Positions 56,248 through 64,000 of a stretch of DNA of 64,000 nucleotides are shown piece after piece. Every line of letters begins with the position of its first letter. Position 1 is the stretch's first letter. The notes under the pieces were generated by a model. The model ran no database searches. It was not told where the DNA came from and saw only the letters and a program-made list of their open reading frames with translations. The position numbers were made by a program, and so were the translations under genes. The stretch comes from a virus: the IMG/VR virus record IMGVR_UViG_3300046791_000298, positions 1-64,000 of that record; one strand, given 5' to 3'.

Positions 56248-57798
56248 CTAAACTCCTACAGGCTTTCTGTCTGTATAACTCTGAATATTTGTACAATCAG
56301 TAATTGTTCCATTGAATGTATTTATTGTTCTCCCTCCACTAGCATCTATTCTTGTAAAAGAAGCTAATAAGTTACAATTATTATTGCCATTATTTGGCAT
56401 TAAAATGTTGGCTTTCGTGCTTGCATGAGAGGAGGTGAAAAGCACTATTGATCCTGTCCTTGATTTAAAGCAACTGAAAGATGCCGTAATTGTGTAGGTA
56501 ACAGATTCTTTAAAATTCACAGTTATTGCCGTTGTTACTACACAAGTAACAGTTGCGGCTGTGAACCCAGATGAACCAGCAAAAGTCGTTGTTGCTCCAT
56601 TACCAATAGTTAAAGTAGCCGAAATAGATAACAATGAATTAATTGTATATGTTTTCCCTGTCGTATTTGTCAATGTTACATTGTTCCAAGTTATACCATT
56701 GGTATTCAGAGTGCAGGTTCCTAAAAGTGAAAGTGTTGAAGATGTGGTCGTAATCGTTCCGCTGGTGTAAGTCAGTGTGCCGGTATTGTACAGAACAGTA
56801 CCGCTAATTGTAATAGCCCCCCCAACTAAAGTTAGGTTATTTGAAACGCCACCTCCTCCCCCAGTATCAGACCATGTTCCTGAATCCAGTTCAATATCCG
56901 CAGTCCCAGTCATATTGACACCACAGGTAATCCCATTGCAAAATACTTTTTCACTTGCTGTTTTGTTAATAACAAGACCAGTAGTACCAACAACGAAAGA
57001 TGACAATGTTGCACCAACATGCAAATCTTCTGTTAATGTAATGGATGCAGATAAATTTTGACCACCTTCAATATTATTAAAGGTGACAGCATTTGCTTTG
57101 ATTGTAACCGAACCATTAATTGTCATTTTTCCAGTAACCGTAACCGTCCCTGAAACGTACTCCATCAAGGCTCCTCCATACACCGTATCCCCGATAGAAC
57201 TATTACCATCAAGATATAATGTCGTAGTTAAACTTCCTGTCCATGTTCCACCCTTTAAATACACTAAAGCAGAGCCACTCAAACCTTCAATTAACGGCAA
57301 TCCACTTACATTTAATTTCTCTGCCGTTGTTTTATTTACCGCATTCGTACCCGTTCCTGCTGATGTAGAGAATGTCCCGCTAACGGTAAAATCACCGACA
57401 AGCGTAATTGTTTTATTAACATTGCCGAGTAGGTTTATATTATTCGGCCATGTTTTACCACCACTTGTAACCGTACCTGTTGCTGTAAGAACTATCCTTG
57501 AGCTTCCCGCAATAGTAAACCCAGTGTGCATCGTCCAATTACCGCCTATCCGGAGTTCAGCATTATGAGTTATGGTTTGCGTGTACCCTGCCGTAATGTT
57601 CAAAGAGAGTACATCAGATATTGCATTGACGGTAGCATTAGAATTTCCCAATACGCCACCACCATCAAATGTAACATCATCCGTAGAAACTGGTACAGAG
57701 GCATTGCCTACACCACCGGAAGTTGCAGACCAATTAGTTGGCACTGTTGCATTCCAGTTTGCTGATGACCCGCCTCCAACCCAAAATCTAGCTGCCAT
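56248..57798 (-). CDS. Thr/Gly/Ser-rich beta-solenoid fibre/spike protein, paralog B
   Basis: MAARFWVGGG..NWNAT..NWS.TSGG.GNASVP..DDVTFDG; repeated INKT.E and GTW units. Confidence 0.75.
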   Translation of the reverse strand: MAARFWVGGGSSANWNATVPTNWSATSGGVGNASVPVSTDDVTFDGGGVLGNSNATVNAISDVLSLNITAGYTQTITHNAELRIGGNWTMHTGFTIAGSSRIVLTATGTVTSGGKTWPNNINLLGNVNKTITLVGDFTVSGTFSTSAGTGTNAVNKTTAEKLNVSGLPLIEGLSGSALVYLKGGTWTGSLTTTLYLDGNSSIGDTVYGGALMEYVSGTVTVTGKMTINGSVTIKANAVTFNNIEGGQNLSASITLTEDLHVGATLSSFVVGTTGLVINKTASEKVFCNGITCGVNMTGTADIELDSGTWSDTGGGGGVSNNLTLVGGAITISGTVLYNTGTLTYTSGTITTTSSTLSLLGTCTLNTNGITWNNVTLTNTTGKTYTINSLLSISATLTIGNGATTTFAGSSGFTAATVTCVVTTAITVNFKESVTYTITASFSCFKSRTGSIVLFTSSHASTKANILMPNNGNNNCNLLASFTRIDASGGRTINTFNGTITDCTNIQSYTDRKPVGV

Positions 57799-57976
57799 TT
57801 ACTTCTTCAGTTTTAATTTCTTCCTTTTTCACTTCAGGTTTAAATCTGACTTTACCTTTACATCCACGCACTCCACAATTTATTATAATCCCTTTTTCGG
57901 TTTTGATATTCGCTTTGAATAAAAACTTTGGTGGTATAATTCTATGATGTGCCGTATCGCAAAATAAATGTTTCAT
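57788..57976 (-). CDS. Small Cys/His protein
   Basis: FCDTAHH...NCGVRGCKG. Confidence 0.5.
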   Translation of the reverse strand: MKHLFCDTAHHRIIPPKFLFKANIKTEKGIIINCGVRGCKGKVRFKPEVKKEEIKTEEVNGS

Positions 57977-57979
57977 AGT

Positions 57980-59929
57980 TTAATTCGCTACTGTTAATAA
58001 ATCATGGAATTCTTGAATATTAATACAATCCGTTATAGTTCCATTAAAAGTTCTGATAGGTCTTCCTCCACTCGCATCGATACGAGTAAAATTTGCAAGT
58101 ACATTGCACGCTGCTCCATTTTGTAAAGTTAAAATTGTTTTTGTTGTGGCATGTGCTGAAATAAAAGTTAATGAAGCCCCATTACTGGAAGTGCTGCAAT
58201 TAAAATAAGATGTTACAGTATATGTTATAGATTCTTTCAGAGTAACTGCGGCCGTAGTAACATGACTCGATACTAATGTCCCAACCGTCCAACCCGCACT
58301 TCCTGTAAAGGTTGTTGGATTTATTTGCAAATTTAAAGTTGTAGAACTCAATAAAGAATTAATAGTTATCGTTAAGACAGAAGATGAATTAGCCATGTTC
58401 ACAGTCTCCCAACTCATCCCATTTGTACTAAGTGTACAATCGGATGTTAATAATAAAATTGATGAGGTAACTGTGATGGTGCCTGAATTATAAGTAAGCG
58501 TACCAGTTTTATATTGAACAGTCCCACTTATGGTTACATTGCCTTGTAGAAATGTATTATTACTTAACCCAGTAACACTCCCACCTGTCCATGTTCCACC
58601 AGTTAAATAAAAATCAGCAGTTCCTTGGGTTGCTGATGTCACGGTGATCCCTCCACTTATTGTAACAGTTTCGGCTGTTGTCTTATTAATAGTAACACCA
58701 GCTCCAGCATTTAATAATAATAATCCAGAAATTGTCAAATTAGATGTTAAGGTCATATTAACCTGTCCACCAGAAGTCGAACAACTAAAATTGTTCCAGG
58801 TTATTCCATTAGTATTAAATACTGTTGATGCGGCAGAAATGACCCTTATAGTTGAGCCAGTTGTAGTGATTGTGCCACTAATATATGTTATGGTTTTTTC
58901 TCCAAAATTTACTGTTCCCGAAATAGTAACGTTTCCCTGTAAATCTAAATCGGTTTGAATTTGACTTGGAGAACCTCCAGACCATGTTCCACCAGTTAAA
59001 ATTATCTTAACTGTGCCTGATATATTAGCACTTACAGTAATCCCGCCAGATAAAGTTAATGTCTCTGCTGCAGTAGGGGTTAAGGTTGTTGTAGAGGAAA
59101 TGGTAAGAAGACCGGAAATCGTAAAATTACCACTTAGCGTCTTGGTGCTGGATAGCGACCAAGTCATTGCATTAGGCCAAGTCTTCCCTCCACTCGTTAT
59201 CGTTGAAGTAGCATTAATAGTAATAGAACTCGATCCTGCTATTGTATAAGAGGTATTTAAAGTAAGATTACCAGAAATAGTAAGCGCCGCATTGTGAGTC
59301 ATAGTCTGTGTATATCCGGACGTAATGGTTAAGGAAAGTACATTAATGGTAGCTGATATTGTGCTATTACTATTTCCACTAGCACCTGCACCATCGAATG
59401 TTACATCATCAGTTGAAGTTGGTACAGAGGCATTGCCAGCCCCTCCAGAAGTACCAGACCAATTAGTATTTGATGTTGCATTCCAGTTAGCATTACTTCC
59501 ACCACCTACCCAAAATCTCGAAGCATTATGAACAATTAATCCATCAGCAATGTAAACATGATCACCATCAACCCTTATCAACCACCAAGTTTCATCAGGT
59601 GAAGTTTCTTCTATAGAAGTTATAACTACTTCCTGCCTATCTTCATCATAGATAATATCTCCAATCTGTAATAATTTGGCATGAGTAATCCCACTTTGCT
59701 TGGTAGGTATTGATTGGTTTTTAAATAATTTGTATGTACCGTTAATTAAATAAAAAATGAACTCACCATGATGCTCCTTAAAATCGGGATCTGTTTTGGG
59801 TGAGAGTCTCTCCTTACTGATTAAAAAGTTTGAAATAGTAATCCCTGTATCTTCATCGTAGGCAAGAAGTTCATCACCAACAAAGATATCTTCAATATTT
59901 TTATAGCCGTAAGGAGTACGTAGACGCAT
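57980..59929 (-). CDS. N-terminal Hint domain fused to beta-solenoid fibre/spike protein, paralog A
   Basis: RTPYGYKNIEDIFVGDELLAYD...AKLLQIGD...IRVDGDHVYIADGLIVHN, then ASRFWVGGG. Confidence 0.85.
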   Translation of the reverse strand: MRLRTPYGYKNIEDIFVGDELLAYDEDTGITISNFLISKERLSPKTDPDFKEHHGEFIFYLINGTYKLFKNQSIPTKQSGITHAKLLQIGDIIYDEDRQEVVITSIEETSPDETWWLIRVDGDHVYIADGLIVHNASRFWVGGGSNANWNATSNTNWSGTSGGAGNASVPTSTDDVTFDGAGASGNSNSTISATINVLSLTITSGYTQTMTHNAALTISGNLTLNTSYTIAGSSSITINATSTITSGGKTWPNAMTWSLSSTKTLSGNFTISGLLTISSTTTLTPTAAETLTLSGGITVSANISGTVKIILTGGTWSGGSPSQIQTDLDLQGNVTISGTVNFGEKTITYISGTITTTGSTIRVISAASTVFNTNGITWNNFSCSTSGGQVNMTLTSNLTISGLLLLNAGAGVTINKTTAETVTISGGITVTSATQGTADFYLTGGTWTGGSVTGLSNNTFLQGNVTISGTVQYKTGTLTYNSGTITVTSSILLLTSDCTLSTNGMSWETVNMANSSSVLTITINSLLSSTTLNLQINPTTFTGSAGWTVGTLVSSHVTTAAVTLKESITYTVTSYFNCSTSSNGASLTFISAHATTKTILTLQNGAACNVLANFTRIDASGGRPIRTFNGTITDCINIQEFHDLLTVAN

Positions 59930-59930
59930 T

Positions 59931-60308
59931 TTACCACTCTATCGCTTTTGTATCATCCCCTGGCAAAACACCAGCAAAATTATCAAAAGTAATTCCTGAC
60001 GTTGGTCCCGATGTTCCCAATTCACTATCAGCTAGTTCATTATTCACATCAAGAACAGGAGTTGCGGTAGTATATTCATTCAACAGAAATTCACAAATAG
60101 CTTTCTGTGAACCAAAATTACTACCCTGGGAAAGTATCTGCTTCGCATAACGCTTTCTCTTTTGAAGTCTGGCGTTATAATCTACTAGTGCCGCTGGGGT
60201 AGTATTAGTATGGTATGTTGCAAGAGATTTAAAACCCATCCACACTCTTTGTTGGAAGGTTTCCTTTGCGGCCATGACCGCTTTTTCAGAATATGTTAGT
60301 GCTGCCAT
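59931..60308 (-). CDS. Hypothetical protein
   Basis: 125 aa in the tail operon. Confidence 0.65.
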   Translation of the reverse strand: MAALTYSEKAVMAAKETFQQRVWMGFKSLATYHTNTTPAALVDYNARLQKRKRYAKQILSQGSNFGSQKAICEFLLNEYTTATPVLDVNNELADSELGTSGPTSGITFDNFAGVLPGDDTKAIEW

Positions 60309-60328
60309 TGTATTTTTATTTTAAGGTT

Positions 60329-62818
60329 TTATGAGTACAAGTCAAATGTTATGTAGGTAGCTCCAGTATTAGTCAAAACGCTGATCTCAAAAATATCATC
60401 AGCAGCAAATGAAGTTGTCCAGCCTGACAATGAAGTAGACTTCACCGCATTACCAGTTGTTAAATCTGGAGGATCGGATGCTACTATCGATGAAGAAGGG
60501 AGGGCTGTACCTGTGGCAATTTTTTTAATTTCCAATGTCAGATTAGGGCTTGTTCCTGCCGCAATAATCGACCATGCTGATATTGTTCCTCCTGATTTGG
60601 CACGTATATATGTTTTAGTGCCTACTAATACAATTCCGCCCTGACCATCAAATTTTGCTGGGCCCGTTCCAACAGAACTAATTACACTCTCAATTTTATC
60701 GTATACTGCATTCTTTGAAGGTGCAATTGTTGTGACTCCATCCCATGATGAACCATAAGCTGTATTGTCTGCTGATTCAACAATCTTCCATGTGCCATCT
60801 CCGCACCAAAATGTCGTTGCTGATGCTAACGTACCGGAATTTAAATGTGAGACATCAAGGTTACCGGTAACCCCATTACTTAAATCAACTTGTGACCATT
60901 CTGGATTATTAGAAGATCCACTATTGCTTAAATATCGCGTAGCACTTGTATTTTTAGGAAGTGCCACAATATTATCTGTAGCATCTGAATATAAAATATC
61001 TCCCTGGGTTACGGTCGATAACCCTATTCCTCCTCTAACAACTGATAATGTTCCACTCCATCCAACCGCAATTGAGGCGGCAGTTAATAAAGCTGTAGTG
61101 GGGCCTCCTCCTAAAGTGAGGGTTACATTCGTATCATCAGATTTAGTGAGTGCAGCACCATTCCCAGATCCTCCCAACAATGCAATTGTTCCTGATACAT
61201 CTGGGGCTGTTAATGTGCGGGTAGTGCCTCCAGCTATTGCAGATGCCTGGAATTTTAAAATTTTTGTAGGGTCAACATTATCAAGAATAGAAAGATTATT
61301 ATCTAAGAATGAATGTGTCCCTGTCCATGCTTTATTAAGAGATGCACTGACTGTAAAGACGGTGCCTGTTCCAGAGACAACAATGTCTCCATAGTTACCA
61401 TCCGAAACACCTGCCGAAGAGACTGCCCATGTAGGAACACCGGCGGCAAGAGTTAGTACATATCCATTAGTTGTCGCAACTAATTTTGTTAATGTTGTAG
61501 TTGTATTGGCATACAACATATCTCCAACGGAAAATACACTGAACCCAGTTCCTCCATTATCAGCATCCAAAGTACCGGCCATGGTAATGGTACCGGTTGT
61601 TGTAATTGGCCCTCCTGAAAAAGTTAATCCGGTGGATCCTCCAGCAACTTGAACTGATGTAACTGTTCCTCCACTGCCTGGTGTTTGCCATAATGGAAAT
61701 CCTCCTATCATTGTAAGGACCTGTCCAGGTGTACCCGCACTTAAAGAAATTGCTGTTCCGGAACCATTCCCATAAATAAGAGAGCCAGCACCAATAGCGG
61801 TCGATATTTTATTATTAAGTTGAGTCTGCGCATTAGACAAAAGTCCGATTGTATATTCAAGATGAGTGGTTGTTAAACCCAACCCATTTGTTCCTAGTAA
61901 AACATTTATATCGGCAGCGCTGGGAGTAATATCCGAGACATCAGCGATAGTTAAAGTTTTCCAATCTGAATCGTATGGCGACCCAGATACTTTATATAAG
62001 AATTGATTCGTCGTACCTCCAGCGGGTAGACCGGTTATAATCGGATCAGTTAAATTCCATTCTCCATTAGCAAAATCCCATGTTAAAGCGAATCCATCTT
62101 CTGTTATAGTTGGATTTTTTGCTAGTGCACTTGCTGGGATGCCAAGGATATTATTATTCAATTGTGATTGAACGTTGCTTGTTAAGGTTGATAAGAAATT
62201 TCCTTGAGTCATGGTGGTGGTGAGCGAAACTAACTGCCCATTACCATCTGATCCAATTAATCTTGAGGCCGTCAACCCTGCGTTCTCTCCCATAACGCCT
62301 AATGAATTATTTGCTAAAATTCGGTAAGCTGTACCGCTTGCAAGTTTTGATCTTGCTATTGCGGCATTGCTCAGGATATGAGTATTAGAAATTACAGAAC
62401 TCTTAATAGCAAGTCCTCCGCCAACGGTTCCAGCTATATCTCCAAGCGTAGAGGTATTAACTGCCTGTGCGGTACCATTTCCAATGAATATAAACCCAGC
62501 AGCAAGAGAACTTGAGAGTTTATTATTGAATGTATTCCAATCCGTTGAACTTAAATATCCAGATTGAGATGTGGTTGCTTGTTTAACCTGGATGGAGGCA
62601 TTACTTAATAATGATGCTGATCCTCCTGTAATTGTAAGGACTGAGGATGTCGCCTCGGTAAGATTACCTCCAGCGGAAACGCGGCTTGCTGGCACAGACG
62701 AAGTTTGAGTAACAAGTCCTGTTGTCGAATTACGCATCAGGAATGCGTCAGTACCTCCTCCGGTTGCCGGGAGAAAATCAAGCGCTAATCCATTTACTAC
62801 TCTAAATTCGTTTGCCAT
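60329..62818 (-). CDS. Tail fibre protein
   Basis: T/G/S-rich; GYLSSTDWNTFNNK, SNVQSQLNN, GGTGF...GDMLYA, GTPGQVLT. Confidence 0.8.
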   Translation of the reverse strand: MANEFRVVNGLALDFLPATGGGTDAFLMRNSTTGLVTQTSSVPASRVSAGGNLTEATSSVLTITGGSASLLSNASIQVKQATTSQSGYLSSTDWNTFNNKLSSSLAAGFIFIGNGTAQAVNTSTLGDIAGTVGGGLAIKSSVISNTHILSNAAIARSKLASGTAYRILANNSLGVMGENAGLTASRLIGSDGNGQLVSLTTTMTQGNFLSTLTSNVQSQLNNNILGIPASALAKNPTITEDGFALTWDFANGEWNLTDPIITGLPAGGTTNQFLYKVSGSPYDSDWKTLTIADVSDITPSAADINVLLGTNGLGLTTTHLEYTIGLLSNAQTQLNNKISTAIGAGSLIYGNGSGTAISLSAGTPGQVLTMIGGFPLWQTPGSGGTVTSVQVAGGSTGLTFSGGPITTTGTITMAGTLDADNGGTGFSVFSVGDMLYANTTTTLTKLVATTNGYVLTLAAGVPTWAVSSAGVSDGNYGDIVVSGTGTVFTVSASLNKAWTGTHSFLDNNLSILDNVDPTKILKFQASAIAGGTTRTLTAPDVSGTIALLGGSGNGAALTKSDDTNVTLTLGGGPTTALLTAASIAVGWSGTLSVVRGGIGLSTVTQGDILYSDATDNIVALPKNTSATRYLSNSGSSNNPEWSQVDLSNGVTGNLDVSHLNSGTLASATTFWCGDGTWKIVESADNTAYGSSWDGVTTIAPSKNAVYDKIESVISSVGTGPAKFDGQGGIVLVGTKTYIRAKSGGTISAWSIIAAGTSPNLTLEIKKIATGTALPSSSIVASDPPDLTTGNAVKSTSLSGWTTSFAADDIFEISVLTNTGATYITFDLYS

Positions 62819-62819
62819 A

Positions 62820-64000
62820 TTAATGAGTCCAGAATTCTACATCACTTATAACATACGTTGCTGCAGTAAACCCAAACAATTTTATATCTCCATTTGTTTC
62901 AGCAAAGAAAGCAATAGAGGCATCAACTACATTAGATTGAGTTTGTTGTGTTGGTCTATAACCAGCAGGCAAATTAGCGAAGATAGCGTTAGTAGCATCG
63001 GTGCCATCAACATCCCCACGGAAATGAACCGCTCCCAATGAATCTTTAAAGTATTGAGGTGTTACCGACCCAGAAACCCACCCATTGATTAATGTAATAT
63101 CTATCCATGCTTCTTGTGGAATTGCTATTAATTGTTCGTATCTCACAGCATCCCCGTTATTGGTTGCAGCGGCAAGACCCGTAACTTTATTTCCCCCCAT
63201 GGCGATACTACCGGACATTGTCCCGCCAATGAGTTGGAGGAAAACACCAATGACTTGTTCATAACGAAGCGAATCTCCGTTGCCAGTGCCCACTCCTAAT
63301 CCTGTTATTTTATTCCCACCAGCTGGAAGATTACCATTCATAGGGATTGACCCATCACGAGAAAGTTTTTCACCAAGTGCGGCAACCAGACCAATTACTT
63401 CTGCCATAAGAACATCAGCAAATTGGGCATCGAAATCATTAGACGATGATTTCCTTAAATATTGCCCTACAGTCCCGCCTGCTGGAAGAGGTCCCTGTGC
63501 ATTCTGAAAAGATACATTCTCAAATGAAATCCTCGATCCCCTTACTACCCATCCATTTGTGGGTACGTTACAGGTTAATTCTAAATTTCCACCAACGATT
63601 GCGGCAGAAAAATTAACTGCATCACCAACGGTTCCTCCAACATCATTCCCTCTATAGTTTGTTATCACTGGGTCTGACGAGCCCCTCCAGTTTATCCCAA
63701 GGATATCCAGGCGTGAACCTTCACCAGTACCAGTACCTCGAATATTGATTATGTAAAAAGCGTATTCGCTTGATGAGGCATCGAGTGAATCAACAACCTC
63801 TCCTGGAGACTGTACATTTATATTTTGAAATGTTACTCCGCCAGGGACCGCAGGACCACCAGTTACAGGGGCTCCAGTACTGCCAGCTGTCGAAGGGAAG
63901 AATGCTAATGGTATCCGCTTACCGGTGAGTAAAGGGATTGCGGCTCCTCCGTAGAATTGACTGAGCCGAGCAATAGCATCGAGTAATTTATTAAACTTCT
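62820..64000 (-). CDS. Tail fibre-like protein; 5' end outside the window
   Basis: Hand translation is open from 63668 to the edge; LPAGGTVGQYL, GNKITGL..DAVRYEQ repeats, NLPAGYRP. Confidence 0.75.
   Translation of the reverse strand, partial: KFNKLLDAIARLSQFYGGAAIPLLTGKRIPLAFFPSTAGSTGAPVTGGPAVPGGVTFQNINVQSPGEVVDSLDASSSEYAFYIINIRGTGTGEGSRLDILGINWRGSSDPVITNYRGNDVGGTVGDAVNFSAAIVGGNLELTCNVPTNGWVVRGSRISFENVSFQNAQGPLPAGGTVGQYLRKSSSNDFDAQFADVLMAEVIGLVAALGEKLSRDGSIPMNGNLPAGGNKITGLGVGTGNGDSLRYEQVIGVFLQLIGGTMSGSIAMGGNKVTGLAAATNNGDAVRYEQLIAIPQEAWIDITLINGWVSGSVTPQYFKDSLGAVHFRGDVDGTDATNAIFANLPAGYRPTQQTQSNVVDASIAFFAETNGDIKLFGFTAATYVISDVEFWTH

Noticed and set aside
59525-59929. Canonical splicing intein
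   Set aside because: No N-extein, no Cys1, and Ala at +1; kept only as a cleavage-type Hint.
56561-63507. Plus-strand Val/Pro-rich ORFs opposite the fibre genes
   Set aside because: Antisense shadows of Thr/Gly-rich codons; no independent signals.
1-64000. Stop-codon reassignment as in some crAss-like phages
   Set aside because: Long genes are intact and densely packed in the standard code; no suppressor tRNA seen.
1-64000. tRNA/rRNA genes
   Set aside because: No cloverleaf or T-loop context seen by eye in the short intergenic gaps; tRNAscan/Infernal not run.

Overview
This 64-kb window looks like part of a tailed dsDNA phage genome, probably a podovirus-type phage of a Bacteroidota host. 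The host call rests on several TTTG-20nt-TAnnTTTG promoters and A-rich leaders without Shine-Dalgarno sites. Layout: (i) 1-5.8 kb, a truncated GroES-like gene and glycan cassette 1 (MycE-like and TylF-like O-methyltransferases, GT11-GT-MTase fusion, Stealth-like protein, GroES); (ii) 5.9-17.9 kb, recombination/replication genes (VRR-NUC, SF2 helicase, RRM protein, exonuclease, RecT, PolX, C5 methyltransferase with a nested alternative-frame subunit, primase-helicase, amino-methyltransferase); (iii) 17.9-20.2 kb, a control region with a parS-like site, a repeat-rich inverted-repeat segment, a dif-like XerCD site and a C-to-G skew switch; (iv) 20.2-31.2 kb, small early-type ORFs, a spanin-like protein and GroEL; (v) 31.2-64 kb, a minus-strand lysis/virion module interrupted by opposite-strand glycan cassette 2 beside a Thr/Ser-rich collagen-like gene. 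No capsid, portal, terminase, integrase, ParA/B, tRNA or CRISPR was recognised. Best leads: host parS/dif sites without phage partition or integration genes, a virion-glycosylation toolkit, and a Hint domain that appears to be a cleave-only N-terminal pro-domain. All family calls come from motifs read by eye; no database searches were run.
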